From positions 1,917 through 65,916 of the forward strand of contig JBQTJI010000048.1 in NCBI GenBank assembly GCA_052387255.1: a stretch of DNA of 64,000 nucleotides, given 5' to 3'. Under the pieces are notes generated by a model, which was given only the letters and a program-made list of their open reading frames with translations, did no database searches and had not been told where the DNA came from. Position numbers and translations under genes: made by a program. Source of the stretch: Gemmobacter sp. Lineage in GTDB: Bacteria > Pseudomonadota > Alphaproteobacteria > Rhodobacterales > Rhodobacteraceae. Below, piece after piece: positions 1 through 11,545 of the stretch. Numbering within the stretch: the first letter of the stretch is position 1; every line of letters starts with the position of its first letter.

Positions 1-1933
<1,933 letters not shown>

Positions 1934-2077
1934 CGACGGCACCCCGAGGGCCAACCAGGCCTCCCGCCGCTCGGTCGCGCGCAACGGCTTCGCCCTTGCG
2001 CTGCTCCTCACTGTTGGGCCGGGCGCGCCTGCGGCGCGAAAAAGGGGGGCTGTCTGCCCCCCTCGCGCGTGCCGCGC

Positions 2078-2162
2078 TCACCCCCCGAGGATACTTGGGG
2101 ACAGAAGAAGCGCATACCCGCTTCGTTCGCACCTTTTTCTGTCCCCAACTATCCTGGGGGGA
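2078..2162. repeat. inverted pair of partial REP-B intergenic repeat copies (2078-2110 forward, 2132-2162 reverse)
   Basis: ccccccgaggatacttggggacagaagaag faces its near reverse complement ctttttctgtccccaactatcctgggggg. It is related to the full copies at 40087, 43009 and 61961. Confidence 0.7.
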
Positions 2163-2260
2163 GGCGTCAGCCGGGGGGCAGCGCCCCCCTGCCACCCGCG
2201 CGAAGTCCGCAGCACAGGTGCCGGGGGGTCCAAGGGGGTGCCTTGCACCCCCTTGCCCGG

Positions 2261-3865
2261 TCACCCGCGCAGGTAGTCGACCAGGGCGCGGGTCGAGCCG
2301 TCCTTGCCCGCCGCGTTCGCCTTGCCCTCGAGGATCGGCTGCAGCGCCAGCGCCAGTTCCTTGCCCAGTTCCACGCCCCATTGGTCATAGGAATTGATCC
2401 CCAGGATCACCCCCTCGACAAACACCCGGTGTTCGTAGAGCGCGATGATCTGGCCCAGCACGAAGGGCGTCAGCTTGGGGTATGCCAGCATCGTCGAGGG
2501 CCGGTTTCCCGGAAACACCCGGTGGCGCGCCTGGCGGTCCAGTTCGGCCCCGGTCAGGCCCCGCTTCGCCATGATCGCCGTCGCCTCGGCCAGACTGCGC
2601 CCGCGCAACAGCGCCTCGGCCTGGGCCAGGCAGTTCGACACCAGCAGGCTGTGCTGGTGGGCAAGGTCGGGCTCGTGCCCCCCCTTCGCCACCAGGAACT
2701 CGCAGGGCACCACGCGCGTGCCCTGATGGATCAGCTGATAGAAGGCGTGCTGCCCGTTGGTCCCCGGCTCGCCCCAGACCACGGGGCCGGAGTGCATCCC
2801 GAGGTCAGCCCCGTCCATCCCAACCCGCTTGCCGTTCGATTCCATCTCGAGTTGCTGCAGATAGGCGGGCAGGTGGCCCAGCCGCTGGTCATAGGGCAGG
2901 ACGGCGCGCGTCGCATGGCCGCAGATCTGGTTGTGCCAGAGGCCGACCAGCGCCAGCAGGACGGGCATGTTCCGGCCCCAAGGCTCGTGCAGGAACCGCT
3001 CGTCCATGTCGCGGCCACCGGCGAGGAAGTCGTCGAACCGGGCAGGCCCGATCGCCAGCATCAGCGCCAGGCCGATCGGCCCCCACAGCGAATAGCGCCC
3101 GCCGACCCAGTCCTCGAACCCGAAAACGCGGGACGCATCGATGCCATAGGCCGCCGTCCGGTCGGCGGCGGTGGACACGGCGGCAAACTGTGCGCCTGGA
3201 TCGGCGACAGTCCCGGCCATCCAGCGCTTGGCGGTGTCGGCATTCGTCATCGTCTCGATGGTGGTGAAGGTCTTCGAGGCCACGATCACCAGCGTCGTGG
3301 CCGGATCGAGGACTTTCAGCGTATCGTGCACATGCGCCCCGTCGACGTTCGACACGTAGTGCACGCGCGGCCCGTCGTGGTACGGGGCCAGCGCCAGCGT
3401 CGCCATCGCAGGGCCGAGGTCGGAGCCGCCGATGCCGATGTTCACCACATCGGTGATCGCCCCCCCCTGCCCCCGGAACCGGCCCGTCCGCACGTCTTGC
3501 GCGAAGGCCGCCATCCGCGCCCGCGTGGCCTGGACCCCCGGCACCACATCGACGCCGTCCACCACCACCGACACCCCCGCAGGCGCGCGCAGCGCGGTGT
3601 GCAGCACGGCGCGCCCCTCGGTCTCGTTGATCCGGGCCCCTGCGAACATCGCGTCGCGCTTGGCGGCAAGGCCGCTGGCGTCGCAGAGCGCGATCAGCAG
3701 GTCGCGCGCCCGCGCATCGATCCCGGTCTTGGAATAGTCGAACAGCATCGCCCCGGCGCGCGCCGAGAAATCCTGCGCGCGATCAGGGTCGTCGAACAGC
3801 GGCAGGATCGCCCGGTCGGGGTTCGCGGCGTGGTGGGCGTGCAGGGCATCCCATTGCTTTTGCAT
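2261..3865 (-). CDS. pgi: glucose-6-phosphate isomerase
   Basis: 534-aa ORF with full-length similarity to Pgi ([12 protein letters not shown]...FDYSKT...GIGGSDLGP...). Confidence 0.95.
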   Translation of the reverse strand: MQKQWDALHAHHAANPDRAILPLFDDPDRAQDFSARAGAMLFDYSKTGIDARARDLLIALCDASGLAAKRDAMFAGARINETEGRAVLHTALRAPAGVSVVVDGVDVVPGVQATRARMAAFAQDVRTGRFRGQGGAITDVVNIGIGGSDLGPAMATLALAPYHDGPRVHYVSNVDGAHVHDTLKVLDPATTLVIVASKTFTTIETMTNADTAKRWMAGTVADPGAQFAAVSTAADRTAAYGIDASRVFGFEDWVGGRYSLWGPIGLALMLAIGPARFDDFLAGGRDMDERFLHEPWGRNMPVLLALVGLWHNQICGHATRAVLPYDQRLGHLPAYLQQLEMESNGKRVGMDGADLGMHSGPVVWGEPGTNGQHAFYQLIHQGTRVVPCEFLVAKGGHEPDLAHQHSLLVSNCLAQAEALLRGRSLAEATAIMAKRGLTGAELDRQARHRVFPGNRPSTMLAYPKLTPFVLGQIIALYEHRVFVEGVILGINSYDQWGVELGKELALALQPILEGKANAAGKDGSTRALVDYLRG

Positions 3866-3871
3866 GACAGT

Positions 3872-4543
3872 TCACTCCGCCCAATGGATGGTTGCGTTGT
3901 CCAGGATCACCCGCACCGGGGCCTCTTCGGGGGCCAGGCCCTGTGCGCGGTCCAGCGCGGCACGCTTTTCCGCCCCGGTGACCAGCACATGGACATGCAT
4001 CGCCGCGCGCAGGGTCGGCGCGGTCAGGGTGATGCGCGGCTCGCCTGCCGCCTCGGCCCGCAGCGCCATCAGGACCGGGGCCTGCGGCGACAGCGCCTCG
4101 GCCAGACGGTCGGCACCGGGGAACAGGCTGGCCGTGTGCATGTCGGCCCCCATGCCCAAGAGCAGGACCGAGATCGGCAGGTGCGGGGCAATCCCCTCGG
4201 CCAGGGCATCCAGGCTTTCCTCGGGCGTCGCCGTCGGGGCATAGAGCGGCACCAGGTTCGCCGCCGCCGCAGGACCGCGCAGCAGGCGGTCGCGCAGCAG
4301 GCGGGTGTTCGACCGGGGGCTGTCCTCGGGCACCCAGCGTTCGTCGTTCAGCACCACGGCCACGTGGCTCCAGTCCAGTTCCACCCCCGACAGGCTGTCG
4401 AACACCGGACCGGGCGTCGTGCCGCCGGGGACCGAGAACGTCGCCCGCCCCTCGCGCCGCAGGAAATCGCCCAGCTGGCCCGCGATCACCTGCGCCAGGG
4501 CCAGGAACATCATCTCGCGGTCCGGGTATTCCCGAATGTTCAT
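3872..4543 (-). CDS. pgl: 6-phosphogluconolactonase
   Basis: 223 aa. Contains ...ATFSVPGGTTPGPVF... and ...MGADMHTASLFPG..., typical of Pgl. It sits between zwf and pgi. Confidence 0.9.
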   Translation of the reverse strand: MNIREYPDREMMFLALAQVIAGQLGDFLRREGRATFSVPGGTTPGPVFDSLSGVELDWSHVAVVLNDERWVPEDSPRSNTRLLRDRLLRGPAAAANLVPLYAPTATPEESLDALAEGIAPHLPISVLLLGMGADMHTASLFPGADRLAEALSPQAPVLMALRAEAAGEPRITLTAPTLRAAMHVHVLVTGAEKRAALDRAQGLAPEEAPVRVILDNATIHWAE

Positions 4544-4571
4544 TCGCCCATTCCTCGCGCTACCGGAACGT

Positions 4572-6026
4572 TCATTCGCGTATCTCGCGCCAGCGCCGCC
4601 CGTCGCGGTGCAGAAGCATCAGCGCATCCTCGGGGCCGGACGACCCCGCATCATAGCCCTGCGGCCGGTCGCCCCGCGCCTCCCACCCGGCGATGATCGG
4701 ATCGGTCCAGGCCCAGGCCGCCTCGACCTCGTCGCCGCGCATGAACAGCGTCTGGTTGCCCCGGATCACGTCCATGATCAGCCGCTCATAGGCGTCGGTC
4801 ACATCCTCGGCCCCCGACCCCAGCGCGGTGGCAAAGGTCATGTCCAAGGGCACCTGCATCAGGCGCATGCCCCCCGGCCCCGGTTCCTTGATCATCACCA
4901 TCAGGTTCATGCCCTCGTTCGGCTGCAACCGGATCACCAGCACATTCTCGCGCCAGCCCTTGGCGTCGTCAAAGATCGAATGCGGCGGCTCTCGGAAGGT
5001 GATGGCAATCTCGGACGCGCGCGCGCGCAGGCGCTTGCCGGTGCGCAGATAGAAGGGCGTGCCCTTCCAGCGCCAGTTCGACACATGCACCTTCAGCGCG
5101 ATGTAGCTTTCGGTGCGGCTGGCCGGATCCTCGCTGTGTTCCACATAGCCGCCCTGCCCGCCCCCGGCCAGGTACTGGCCGCGCACGATGTCGCGCGGCT
5201 CGACCGGGTCCAGCGCGCGGATCACCTTCAGCTTTTCGTCGCGCACGGCATTGGGGTCGAAATGATAGGGCGGTTCCATCGCGATCAGGCACAGAAGCTG
5301 CATCATGTGGTTCTGCACCATGTCGCGCATGGCACCCGACTTGTCATAATAGGCACCGCGCCCCTCGACCCCCACCGTCTCGGCGACCGTGATCTGGACG
5401 TGGTCGATGTACTCGGACTTCCACAACGGCTCGAACAGGATGTTGGCGAACCGCACCGCCATCAGGTTCTGGACGGTTTCCTTGCCCAGGTAGTGATCGA
5501 TGCGGTAGATCTGCCCCTCGCGGAAATGCTCGGCCAGCGTCGCGTTCAGCGCGCGTGCCGAGGCCAGGTCGCGGCCGAACGGCTTTTCCACCACGATCCG
5601 CGCCTCGGGTCCCGCGATGGCGTGGGCGTGCAGGCGTTCGGCCAGATCGCCGAACAGCGTGGGCGCGACCGAGAAATAGAACGCCTGCACCACGCCCGGC
5701 CGCATCCGGGCCTTCAGCGCATCCCAGCCGCCCGTGCCCTTGGCATCGATGGCGACATACCCCACGTGCGACAGGAAATCCGCCACCATGCCCGGATCGC
5801 GCTGCGCTTCGGCCACGAATTCGGCAATCGCCTCGCCGATCATCGCGCGGAACCCGTCGTCGGTCATCTCTGACCGCGCCGCGCCGATGATCCGCGCCTC
5901 GCCCCGCATCTGTCCGCTGCGGAAGCGCCGGTAGAGGCCCGGAAAAATCTTGCGCCGCGCCAGGTCGCCCGTGCCGCCGAAGATCACCAGGTCAAAGGGT
6001 TCCACCGGAATGACGCGGGATACCAT
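4572..6026 (-). CDS. zwf: glucose-6-phosphate 1-dehydrogenase
   Basis: MVSRVIPVEPFDLVIFGGTGDLARRK... NADP-binding N-terminus and RIDHYLGKE motif. ATG at 6026 is preceded by a GAGAGG RBS. The track start at 6053 is less likely. Confidence 0.95.
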   Translation of the reverse strand: MVSRVIPVEPFDLVIFGGTGDLARRKIFPGLYRRFRSGQMRGEARIIGAARSEMTDDGFRAMIGEAIAEFVAEAQRDPGMVADFLSHVGYVAIDAKGTGGWDALKARMRPGVVQAFYFSVAPTLFGDLAERLHAHAIAGPEARIVVEKPFGRDLASARALNATLAEHFREGQIYRIDHYLGKETVQNLMAVRFANILFEPLWKSEYIDHVQITVAETVGVEGRGAYYDKSGAMRDMVQNHMMQLLCLIAMEPPYHFDPNAVRDEKLKVIRALDPVEPRDIVRGQYLAGGGQGGYVEHSEDPASRTESYIALKVHVSNWRWKGTPFYLRTGKRLRARASEIAITFREPPHSIFDDAKGWRENVLVIRLQPNEGMNLMVMIKEPGPGGMRLMQVPLDMTFATALGSGAEDVTDAYERLIMDVIRGNQTLFMRGDEVEAAWAWTDPIIAGWEARGDRPQGYDAGSSGPEDALMLLHRDGRRWREIRE

Positions 6027-6170
6027 CAGACGACCTCTCTTTCGGGGCGGCACCGGACGGCAAGAGCACCAGACCGGGATGTTACCGCTAACGACCGCCT
6101 TCTAGCGCCCGTCCGCCCGAAAGTCTATCACCCCGGAACCCCGCGTCAAACCGCTTTGGGCACCGCGATC

Positions 6171-6755
6171 CTAGGCCTCCAGCTCGGCATCCCAGTACAG
6201 ATAGTCCATCCAGCTTTCGTGCAGGTGGTTCGGCGGGAACCGCCGCCCGTGGGACTGCATCTCGTCCGCCGTGGGCGCGCGGGGCTTGCGGCCGAGGTGA
6301 AAGCCCACCTGCCGCAGCGTGCGGTTGCCCTTGCGCAGGTTGCAGGGCGAACAGGCCGCGACCACGTTTTCCCAGCTGGTCACGCCGCCGCGCGACCGGG
6401 GCAGCACATGGTCGAAGGTCAGGTCGCCCCTGGCCCCGCAGTACTGGCAGCAGAACTCGTCGCGCAGGAACAGGTTGAACCGCGTGAAGGCCACGCGCTT
6501 TTGCGGTTTGACATAGTCCTTCAGCACCACGACCGACGGGATGCGGATCTCGGACCTCTGGCTGCGCACCACGGCGTCGTATTCCGCCACGATATCGACG
6601 CGGTCGAGGAAGGCCGCCTTCACCGCCTCCTGCCAGGGCCACAGTGACAAGGGATAGTAGGACAAGGGCCGGTAGTCGGCGTTCAGCACCAGCGCGGGAT
6701 AGTGTTTCAGCGCGCTCGGCTCGCGCACGAAGGTGGTCCTGAAATCCCCGTCCAT
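6171..6755 (-). CDS. HNH endonuclease family protein
   Basis: CQYCG...DHVLPRSRGGVTSWENVVAACSPCNLRKGN HNH motif. ATG at 6755; the track start at 6779 is a GTG. Confidence 0.8.
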   Translation of the reverse strand: MDGDFRTTFVREPSALKHYPALVLNADYRPLSYYPLSLWPWQEAVKAAFLDRVDIVAEYDAVVRSQRSEIRIPSVVVLKDYVKPQKRVAFTRFNLFLRDEFCCQYCGARGDLTFDHVLPRSRGGVTSWENVVAACSPCNLRKGNRTLRQVGFHLGRKPRAPTADEMQSHGRRFPPNHLHESWMDYLYWDAELEA

Positions 6756-6913
6756 CGCCCGACAGCCCCTGTCTTGCACCGCCTTGCCAAAGGGCGGGTC
6801 CCTCGTCCCGGTTCAGCGGGACTATATCTGGCGTTCATCGCCTGACAAGACCCGACTGCTTGCATGCCTTGCGCGATGGCTAATCCAGGCAGGTGACGCC
6901 CATGTGACGCCGC

Positions 6914-7576
6914 TCAACCGGGCAGCCGCTCGCGCAGGAACCCCAGCGTGGCGCCAAGGCCATCGGGCGCGATGCCGTGCCCCGTGCCCTGCATGACATG
7001 GCCGAAGGTCGCGAACCCCGCCGCCACCAGCGCCTCGCCCGCCGCCCCCATGTCGCCGAACGGCACCACGGGGTCCTGGTCGCCGTGGATCAGCAGGACC
7101 GGCGGCTTGACCACCGCCTCGCCCGCCAGCCGCCCCGGCTGCAAGAGCCGCCCCGAGATCGCGACCACTGTCGCCAGCGCCTGCGCCCGGCGCGGGGCCA
7201 CATGCAGGCTCAGCATCGCGCCCTGGCTGAACCCGACCAGCGCCACGGCCGCTGGCGGCAGGCCCATCTCGGCCATCTGTGCATCCAGAAAGGCGTTCAG
7301 ATCCTCGGCCGACCGCGCCAGCCCCTGCCCCGCTGCCACCTCGGACGATCCGTCCAGCCAGGGGATCGGAAACCACTGCCGCCCTGTGGGACTGCCGTGG
7401 CAGGGGTCGGGCGCGTCGGGGGCCATGAACAGGGTGTCGGGCAGGTGCGCGCCCAGCACATCGGCCAGACCCAGCAGGTCCGCCCCGTCGGCCCCATAGC
7501 CGTGCAGGAACACCACCAGCGACGTGGCCTTGCCCGACATCGGTCCCTTGCGCCCGGCTTGCAGCTTGCGTGTCAT
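6914..7576 (-). CDS. phospholipase/carboxylesterase family alpha/beta hydrolase
   Basis: The C-terminal 220 aa of track ORF 6914..8401 read LVVFLHGYGADGADL...GFSQGAM...IHGDQDPVVP. ATG at 7576 overlaps the upstream gene's stop (ATGA). Confidence 0.85.
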   Translation of the reverse strand: MTRKLQAGRKGPMSGKATSLVVFLHGYGADGADLLGLADVLGAHLPDTLFMAPDAPDPCHGSPTGRQWFPIPWLDGSSEVAAGQGLARSAEDLNAFLDAQMAEMGLPPAAVALVGFSQGAMLSLHVAPRRAQALATVVAISGRLLQPGRLAGEAVVKPPVLLIHGDQDPVVPFGDMGAAGEALVAAGFATFGHVMQGTGHGIAPDGLGATLGFLRERLPG

Positions 7577-8202
7577 CTGATCCCTTCCCGGTCCGCCTCG
7601 ACCCGATAATAGGCCCACAACAGCCGCGCCGCCACCGACCGCCAGGGCGACCAGGCCACGGCCATGGCCCGCGCGGCCTTTTCGGACGGGCGTGCCTCCA
7701 GCCCGAACAGCCGCCGCATCGATTCCTGCAGCGCCAGGTCGCCAGGGGCAAACACGTCCGCCCGGCCCAGGCTGAACATCGCATAGATCTCGGCCGTCCA
7801 GGGCCCGATCCCCGGCAGCGCCACCAGCGTGGCGATCACCTGATCGGTCGGGGTGAGCCGCAAGGCGTCGAAATTCAGCCCCGCCCCCGCCAGGGCCCGG
7901 GCATAGCGCACCTTCTGCCGCGACAGCCCGCAGCCGCGCAGGTCGTCGTCCGTGGCGCGCAGCACGCCGTCCGGTTCCGTGAAGCCCGCACCTTCGAGCC
8001 GCCCCCAGATCGCATCGGCGGCCTTGACGCTGACCTGCTGGCTGACGATGGCGTCGAACAGCGCGCCGAACCCGTCGGCGCGCAGGCGCAGCGGCGGCAG
8101 GCCGGTCAGCCCCCGCGCATGGGCAAAGCGCGGCTCGACCGCGCCCAGCCAGTCCAACCCCTCGGCCAGACAGGCCTCGGTCGTGATGATCCGCCCTACC
8201 AT
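7573..8202 (-). CDS. DNA-3-methyladenine glycosylase II-like (HhH-GPD) protein
   Basis: ...LVALPGIGPWTAEIYAMFSLGRADVFAPGDLAL... HhH-GPD motif. ATG at 8202 (MVGRIITTE...). Confidence 0.8.
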   Translation of the reverse strand: MVGRIITTEACLAEGLDWLGAVEPRFAHARGLTGLPPLRLRADGFGALFDAIVSQQVSVKAADAIWGRLEGAGFTEPDGVLRATDDDLRGCGLSRQKVRYARALAGAGLNFDALRLTPTDQVIATLVALPGIGPWTAEIYAMFSLGRADVFAPGDLALQESMRRLFGLEARPSEKAARAMAVAWSPWRSVAARLLWAYYRVEADREGIR

Positions 8203-8297
8203 GGCGCGACGGGATAGAACGAATCCCCCAGAACCGGAAGGGCCGACGACGGTTTTCGCCCTTGTGGCCGCCCAAGCCCCGCCGTACGCCTTGGCCC

Positions 8298-9521
8298 ATG
8301 ACCGCCCCAGCCCCCGCCAACGACGCCCGCGCCCGCCGCAACGTTTCGGTGCTGGTCGCGGCACAGGCGGTGCTGGGTGCGCAGTTGCCGATGATCTTCA
8401 TCGTCGCGGGGCTGGCCGGTCAGGGGCTGGCGTCGAATCCCTGCTGGGCCACGCTGCCGATCACCATGATGGTGGTGGGATCGATGCTGGCGGCACAGCC
8501 GCTGTCGGCGCTGATGCAGCGCCACGGGCGGCGTGCGGGGTTCGTCGCCGGGGCACTGTCGGGCGCGGCGGGCGCGGCCATCGCGGCCTGGGGGCTGGTT
8601 GCGGCCTCGTTTCCGCTGTTCCTGCTCGGCTCCCTGCTGTCGGGCGGGTACATGAGCGCGCAGGGCTTCTTCCGCTTTGCGGCGACCGACACGGCGTCGG
8701 ACTCCTTCCGCGCCAAGGCCATCTCCTGGACGATGGCGGGGGGCCTCTTGTCGGCCGTCGTCGGGCCGCAACTGGTCAAGGTCACGGCGCAGGAAATGGC
8801 GATCCCGTTTCTGGCGACCTATCTTGCGGTCATAGCACTCAACCTGGGCGGCATGTTCCTGTTCGCCCTGCTGGACATCCCGACCCCGGCGGCCCCCGTC
8901 GCGGGCGCGCCACGGGGACGGTCGCGGATCGAGCTGCTGGCCACCCCCCGCATCGCCGTGGCCGTGATCTGCGCCACGGTCAGCTATGCCCTGATGAACC
9001 TGGTGATGACCTCGTCGCCCCTGGCCATCGTCGGCTGCGGGTTCGACACCGGCCATGCCGCCGACGTCGTCTCGGCCCATGTGCTGGCGATGTACGTGCC
9101 GTCGTTCTTCACCGGCCATGTCATCGCCCGGCTGGGGGCCGAACGGGTGATCGCGATCGGCCTGGTCATCCTGGCCGGGGCGGGCGTGGTGGCGCTGTCG
9201 GGTGTCACGCTGCCGTCGTTCTTTGCCGCGCTGATCCTGCTGGGGCTGGGCTGGAACTTCGGCTTCATCGGGGCCACCGCCATGCTGACCGCTGTCCATA
9301 AACCGGAAGAGCGCGGCCGCATGCAGGGGTTGAACGATTTCATCGTGTTCCTGGGCGTGACGCTGGCCTCGCTGTCGTCGGGCGGGCTGATGAACTGCTC
9401 GGGCGGGACGCCGCAGGCAGGGTGGATGGCGGTCAACATCGCCATGCTGCCGTTCCTGGCCCTTGCGGGCGCCGCCCTGGTCTGGCTGGCGCTGCGCGGG
9501 GCGTCTGAGCGGCGGGCGTGA
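8298..9521 (+). CDS. MFS transporter
   Basis: About 12 hydrophobic segments and MFS-like loop motifs. ATG at 8298; the TTG at 8262 is also possible. Confidence 0.8.
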   Translation: MTAPAPANDARARRNVSVLVAAQAVLGAQLPMIFIVAGLAGQGLASNPCWATLPITMMVVGSMLAAQPLSALMQRHGRRAGFVAGALSGAAGAAIAAWGLVAASFPLFLLGSLLSGGYMSAQGFFRFAATDTASDSFRAKAISWTMAGGLLSAVVGPQLVKVTAQEMAIPFLATYLAVIALNLGGMFLFALLDIPTPAAPVAGAPRGRSRIELLATPRIAVAVICATVSYALMNLVMTSSPLAIVGCGFDTGHAADVVSAHVLAMYVPSFFTGHVIARLGAERVIAIGLVILAGAGVVALSGVTLPSFFAALILLGLGWNFGFIGATAMLTAVHKPEERGRMQGLNDFIVFLGVTLASLSSGGLMNCSGGTPQAGWMAVNIAMLPFLALAGAALVWLALRGASERRA

Positions 9522-9662
9522 CACCTCCGGCACTGGCTGCCCATCTCCGGGGCCGCGTGTCCGATGAAAAGGGCCGTCAGAGCCACGTCGGTTGCCGGAC
9601 CGCGCGACCGCCCTCCGACGCGGGCATCAAAGCGTCGCGCGATGCGTTCTGCAGCGGGTTCC

Positions 9663-10619
9663 TCACCCTACCTGTGCCAAGTCACAGGCAGCGCAAGCAC
9701 GACGTGGCCGGAATCCCGCAACGCAAGACGGGAAACATGGCGTCTGTCTGACCCCGGAACTTGACGTCATCCCGGACCAACGTTTGCGAACCCAGAAGAA
9801 ACCTTCGACCGGCACTCCTTCGGCGACAAGCACGACCTCATTCACGAACACCAGCTGTCGATAGGCGACCTGCTCCCATCTTTCTGCGCGGTAAATGCGA
9901 ACTCCGTCGATCAGGGCTTGAACCGGAACTTCCGTCTCATCCATCCCAAGCCACAACTCGACCTTCGGCCCCCGCACCACCACGCGATGCTGCGGCAACA
10001 GCGCCAGCCTGCGCAGGGGGGTGCCCGCGCCGAAGGCCCCCGGCTCGACGATCACCGGCTCCAGCCCCGCGCGCGACCGTGCCGACAACACAAAATGCTG
10101 TGCCACGGCCTGCAGCAGCGGAACCGACCGCCCGTCCCGCCGTGTCACCCGGTCGCCCGCGCGCAGATCCTCCACCGCGCGATAGCCGTCCGGCGTCAGA
10201 AGGCGCGTCCCCTCGACAAAGCACGCCGGACCCTTGGTTGCCAGATTGTAGCCCACGGGGTCGATGTCGACCACCATCAACACCGCGCCCAGGACGTTGG
10301 GTGCGCCGTCGGGGAAGACGAAGGTGATCTTTCCCGTCGTCAGGTTGCGCAGCATGATCGCGTCCTTGGGCGACCCCAAGGGCACGATCGTGCCCAGGAT
10401 CGACGCCCCCGGCTGGACCCAGCCCGACCCCAGCATCTGAGAGCTGGTTCCGCCGATGACCGTGGTGTTGCCGACATAGAGCGCGCCGTCGGCATCCGAG
10501 ATCGTGGTGGACTGCGACGAACCGAAGCTGTTCAGCACCAGCGTCTGCTGGGTCGACAGCAACTGCGCCTCGCTCACCGAGCCGTTGTAGACGCGCATCG
10601 TCGCCGCATAATCGGCCAT
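9663..10619 (-). CDS. Hint (Hedgehog/intein-like) domain protein
   Basis: ...PACFVEGTRLLTPDGYRAVEDLRAGDRVTRRDG...YRQLVFVNEVVLVAEGVPVEGFF matches the Hint_2 architecture common in Rhodobacterales. No signal peptide is visible. Confidence 0.8.
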   Translation of the reverse strand: MADYAATMRVYNGSVSEAQLLSTQQTLVLNSFGSSQSTTISDADGALYVGNTTVIGGTSSQMLGSGWVQPGASILGTIVPLGSPKDAIMLRNLTTGKITFVFPDGAPNVLGAVLMVVDIDPVGYNLATKGPACFVEGTRLLTPDGYRAVEDLRAGDRVTRRDGRSVPLLQAVAQHFVLSARSRAGLEPVIVEPGAFGAGTPLRRLALLPQHRVVVRGPKVELWLGMDETEVPVQALIDGVRIYRAERWEQVAYRQLVFVNEVVLVAEGVPVEGFFWVRKRWSGMTSSSGVRQTPCFPSCVAGFRPRRACAACDLAQVG

Positions 10620-10701
10620 CGCAGCACCTTTCCCCGTGGCGCGACACAGGATTCGCGCGCCCTGAAAGATTGCGGTGCGATGTTGAACAAAGGCTGAACG
10701 G

Positions 10702-11463
10702 CTAAAGTTGTCCGGTCATGCTGGCCCAGACCAGCCCTGCCCTGCGGCGGAACTCGGACGGGGCCAGCCGCCCCTCGGCCACGGCAGCAGGGTCGCGCGC
10801 CGCCCTGCGCAGGACCGGCCGGGCCATCCAGCCGGCCAGCAGGGCAACCCTTCCGTCCCCCAGCGACCCGTGCAACCCGCGCGCGCCGTCCAGCAGGCGC
10901 AGACCATCTGCGGCAAGGGTCGCGATCCCGTCCTGGGTCATGCCGGGCAGCGGTTCCCGCCCGCGCGCCACCAGCGCGGGAACGGCGCGCAGATAGGCCG
11001 CAAGTCCGCCTGCAAATCCCACCCCGTGCGCAACATCCTCGCCCCCCGGCCCCGCGCCGCAGGCCCGCGCCGCCAGCCACATCAGGCCGCCGGCCGTATC
11101 CTGAAGATAGCCGGCCAGCGCCGAGGCACCGTCGATCCCCATCCCCGCCACATCAAGCCTGCGCGCCGCGACCATCCGGTCCAGCACATCGACCGGCAGC
11201 CCCGTCGCCCGGATCGTGTCGTAGAGCGGCCCCGCCACCTCGTGCGCCTTGCGGTCGGGGGCGGCGATCACGTCGCGCCACCATTGCAGCCGCATCTCGG
11301 CGATCAGCGGCTCCTGCGAGGCCCAGGGCGCCCGCGCAACCTCCAGGTTGAAGGCATAGAGCGGAAAAAGGTGCGCCCGCAGCTGAGGGGGGGCCGCCAT
11401 CGTCGCCAGGAACCGGTCGGGATCACCCTTGGCCACCAGCGCCGCACAGGCGGCGATGGTCAT
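10702..11463 (-). CDS. squalene/phytoene synthase family (NDUFAF6-like) protein
   Basis: 253 aa. FPLYAFNLEVARAPWASQEPLIAEMRLQWWRD resembles the conserved alphaproteobacterial phytoene-synthase-like family. Confidence 0.7.
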   Translation of the reverse strand: MTIAACAALVAKGDPDRFLATMAAPPQLRAHLFPLYAFNLEVARAPWASQEPLIAEMRLQWWRDVIAAPDRKAHEVAGPLYDTIRATGLPVDVLDRMVAARRLDVAGMGIDGASALAGYLQDTAGGLMWLAARACGAGPGGEDVAHGVGFAGGLAAYLRAVPALVARGREPLPGMTQDGIATLAADGLRLLDGARGLHGSLGDGRVALLAGWMARPVLRRAARDPAAVAEGRLAPSEFRRRAGLVWASMTGQL

Positions 11464-11493
11464 GCACCGGCCCCGGACACCGGCGCGACGCAG

Positions 11494-11533
11494 TCCCCTC
11501 TCCCCTCGGGGGAGAGGGCCAGGGTGAGGGGGG
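11494..11533 (+). repeat. REP-A intergenic palindromic element
   Basis: cccctctcccctcgggggagagggccagggtgagggggg contains the hairpin ccctctcccc/ggggagaggg. Other copies are at 13242 and, inverted, at 63108. Confidence 0.8.
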
Positions 11534-11545
11534 CGACGCGCGCCG

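Noticed and set aside
2069-4696. 875-aa + strand ORF, along with similar giants: 4305..5873, 11570..13450, 14848..16506, 25271..26596, 26287..26934 (the part of ORF 26287..28269 upstream of the real start), 38491..40251, 45852..47423, 47119..48795, 50135..51448, 52047..53420 and 61969..63309.
   Set aside because: They lie antisense to or out of frame with genes that have clear full-length homology (pgi, pgl, zwf, cimA, cpaF and others). Their Arg/Pro/Gly/Ala/His-rich composition is the typical artefact of stop-codon scarcity in high-GC DNA.
7577-8401. N-terminal 275 aa of the 495-aa ORF 6914..8401.
   Set aside because: This part is an alternate frame of the AlkA-like gene. Only the C-terminal 220 aa (from the ATG at 7576) look like an esterase.
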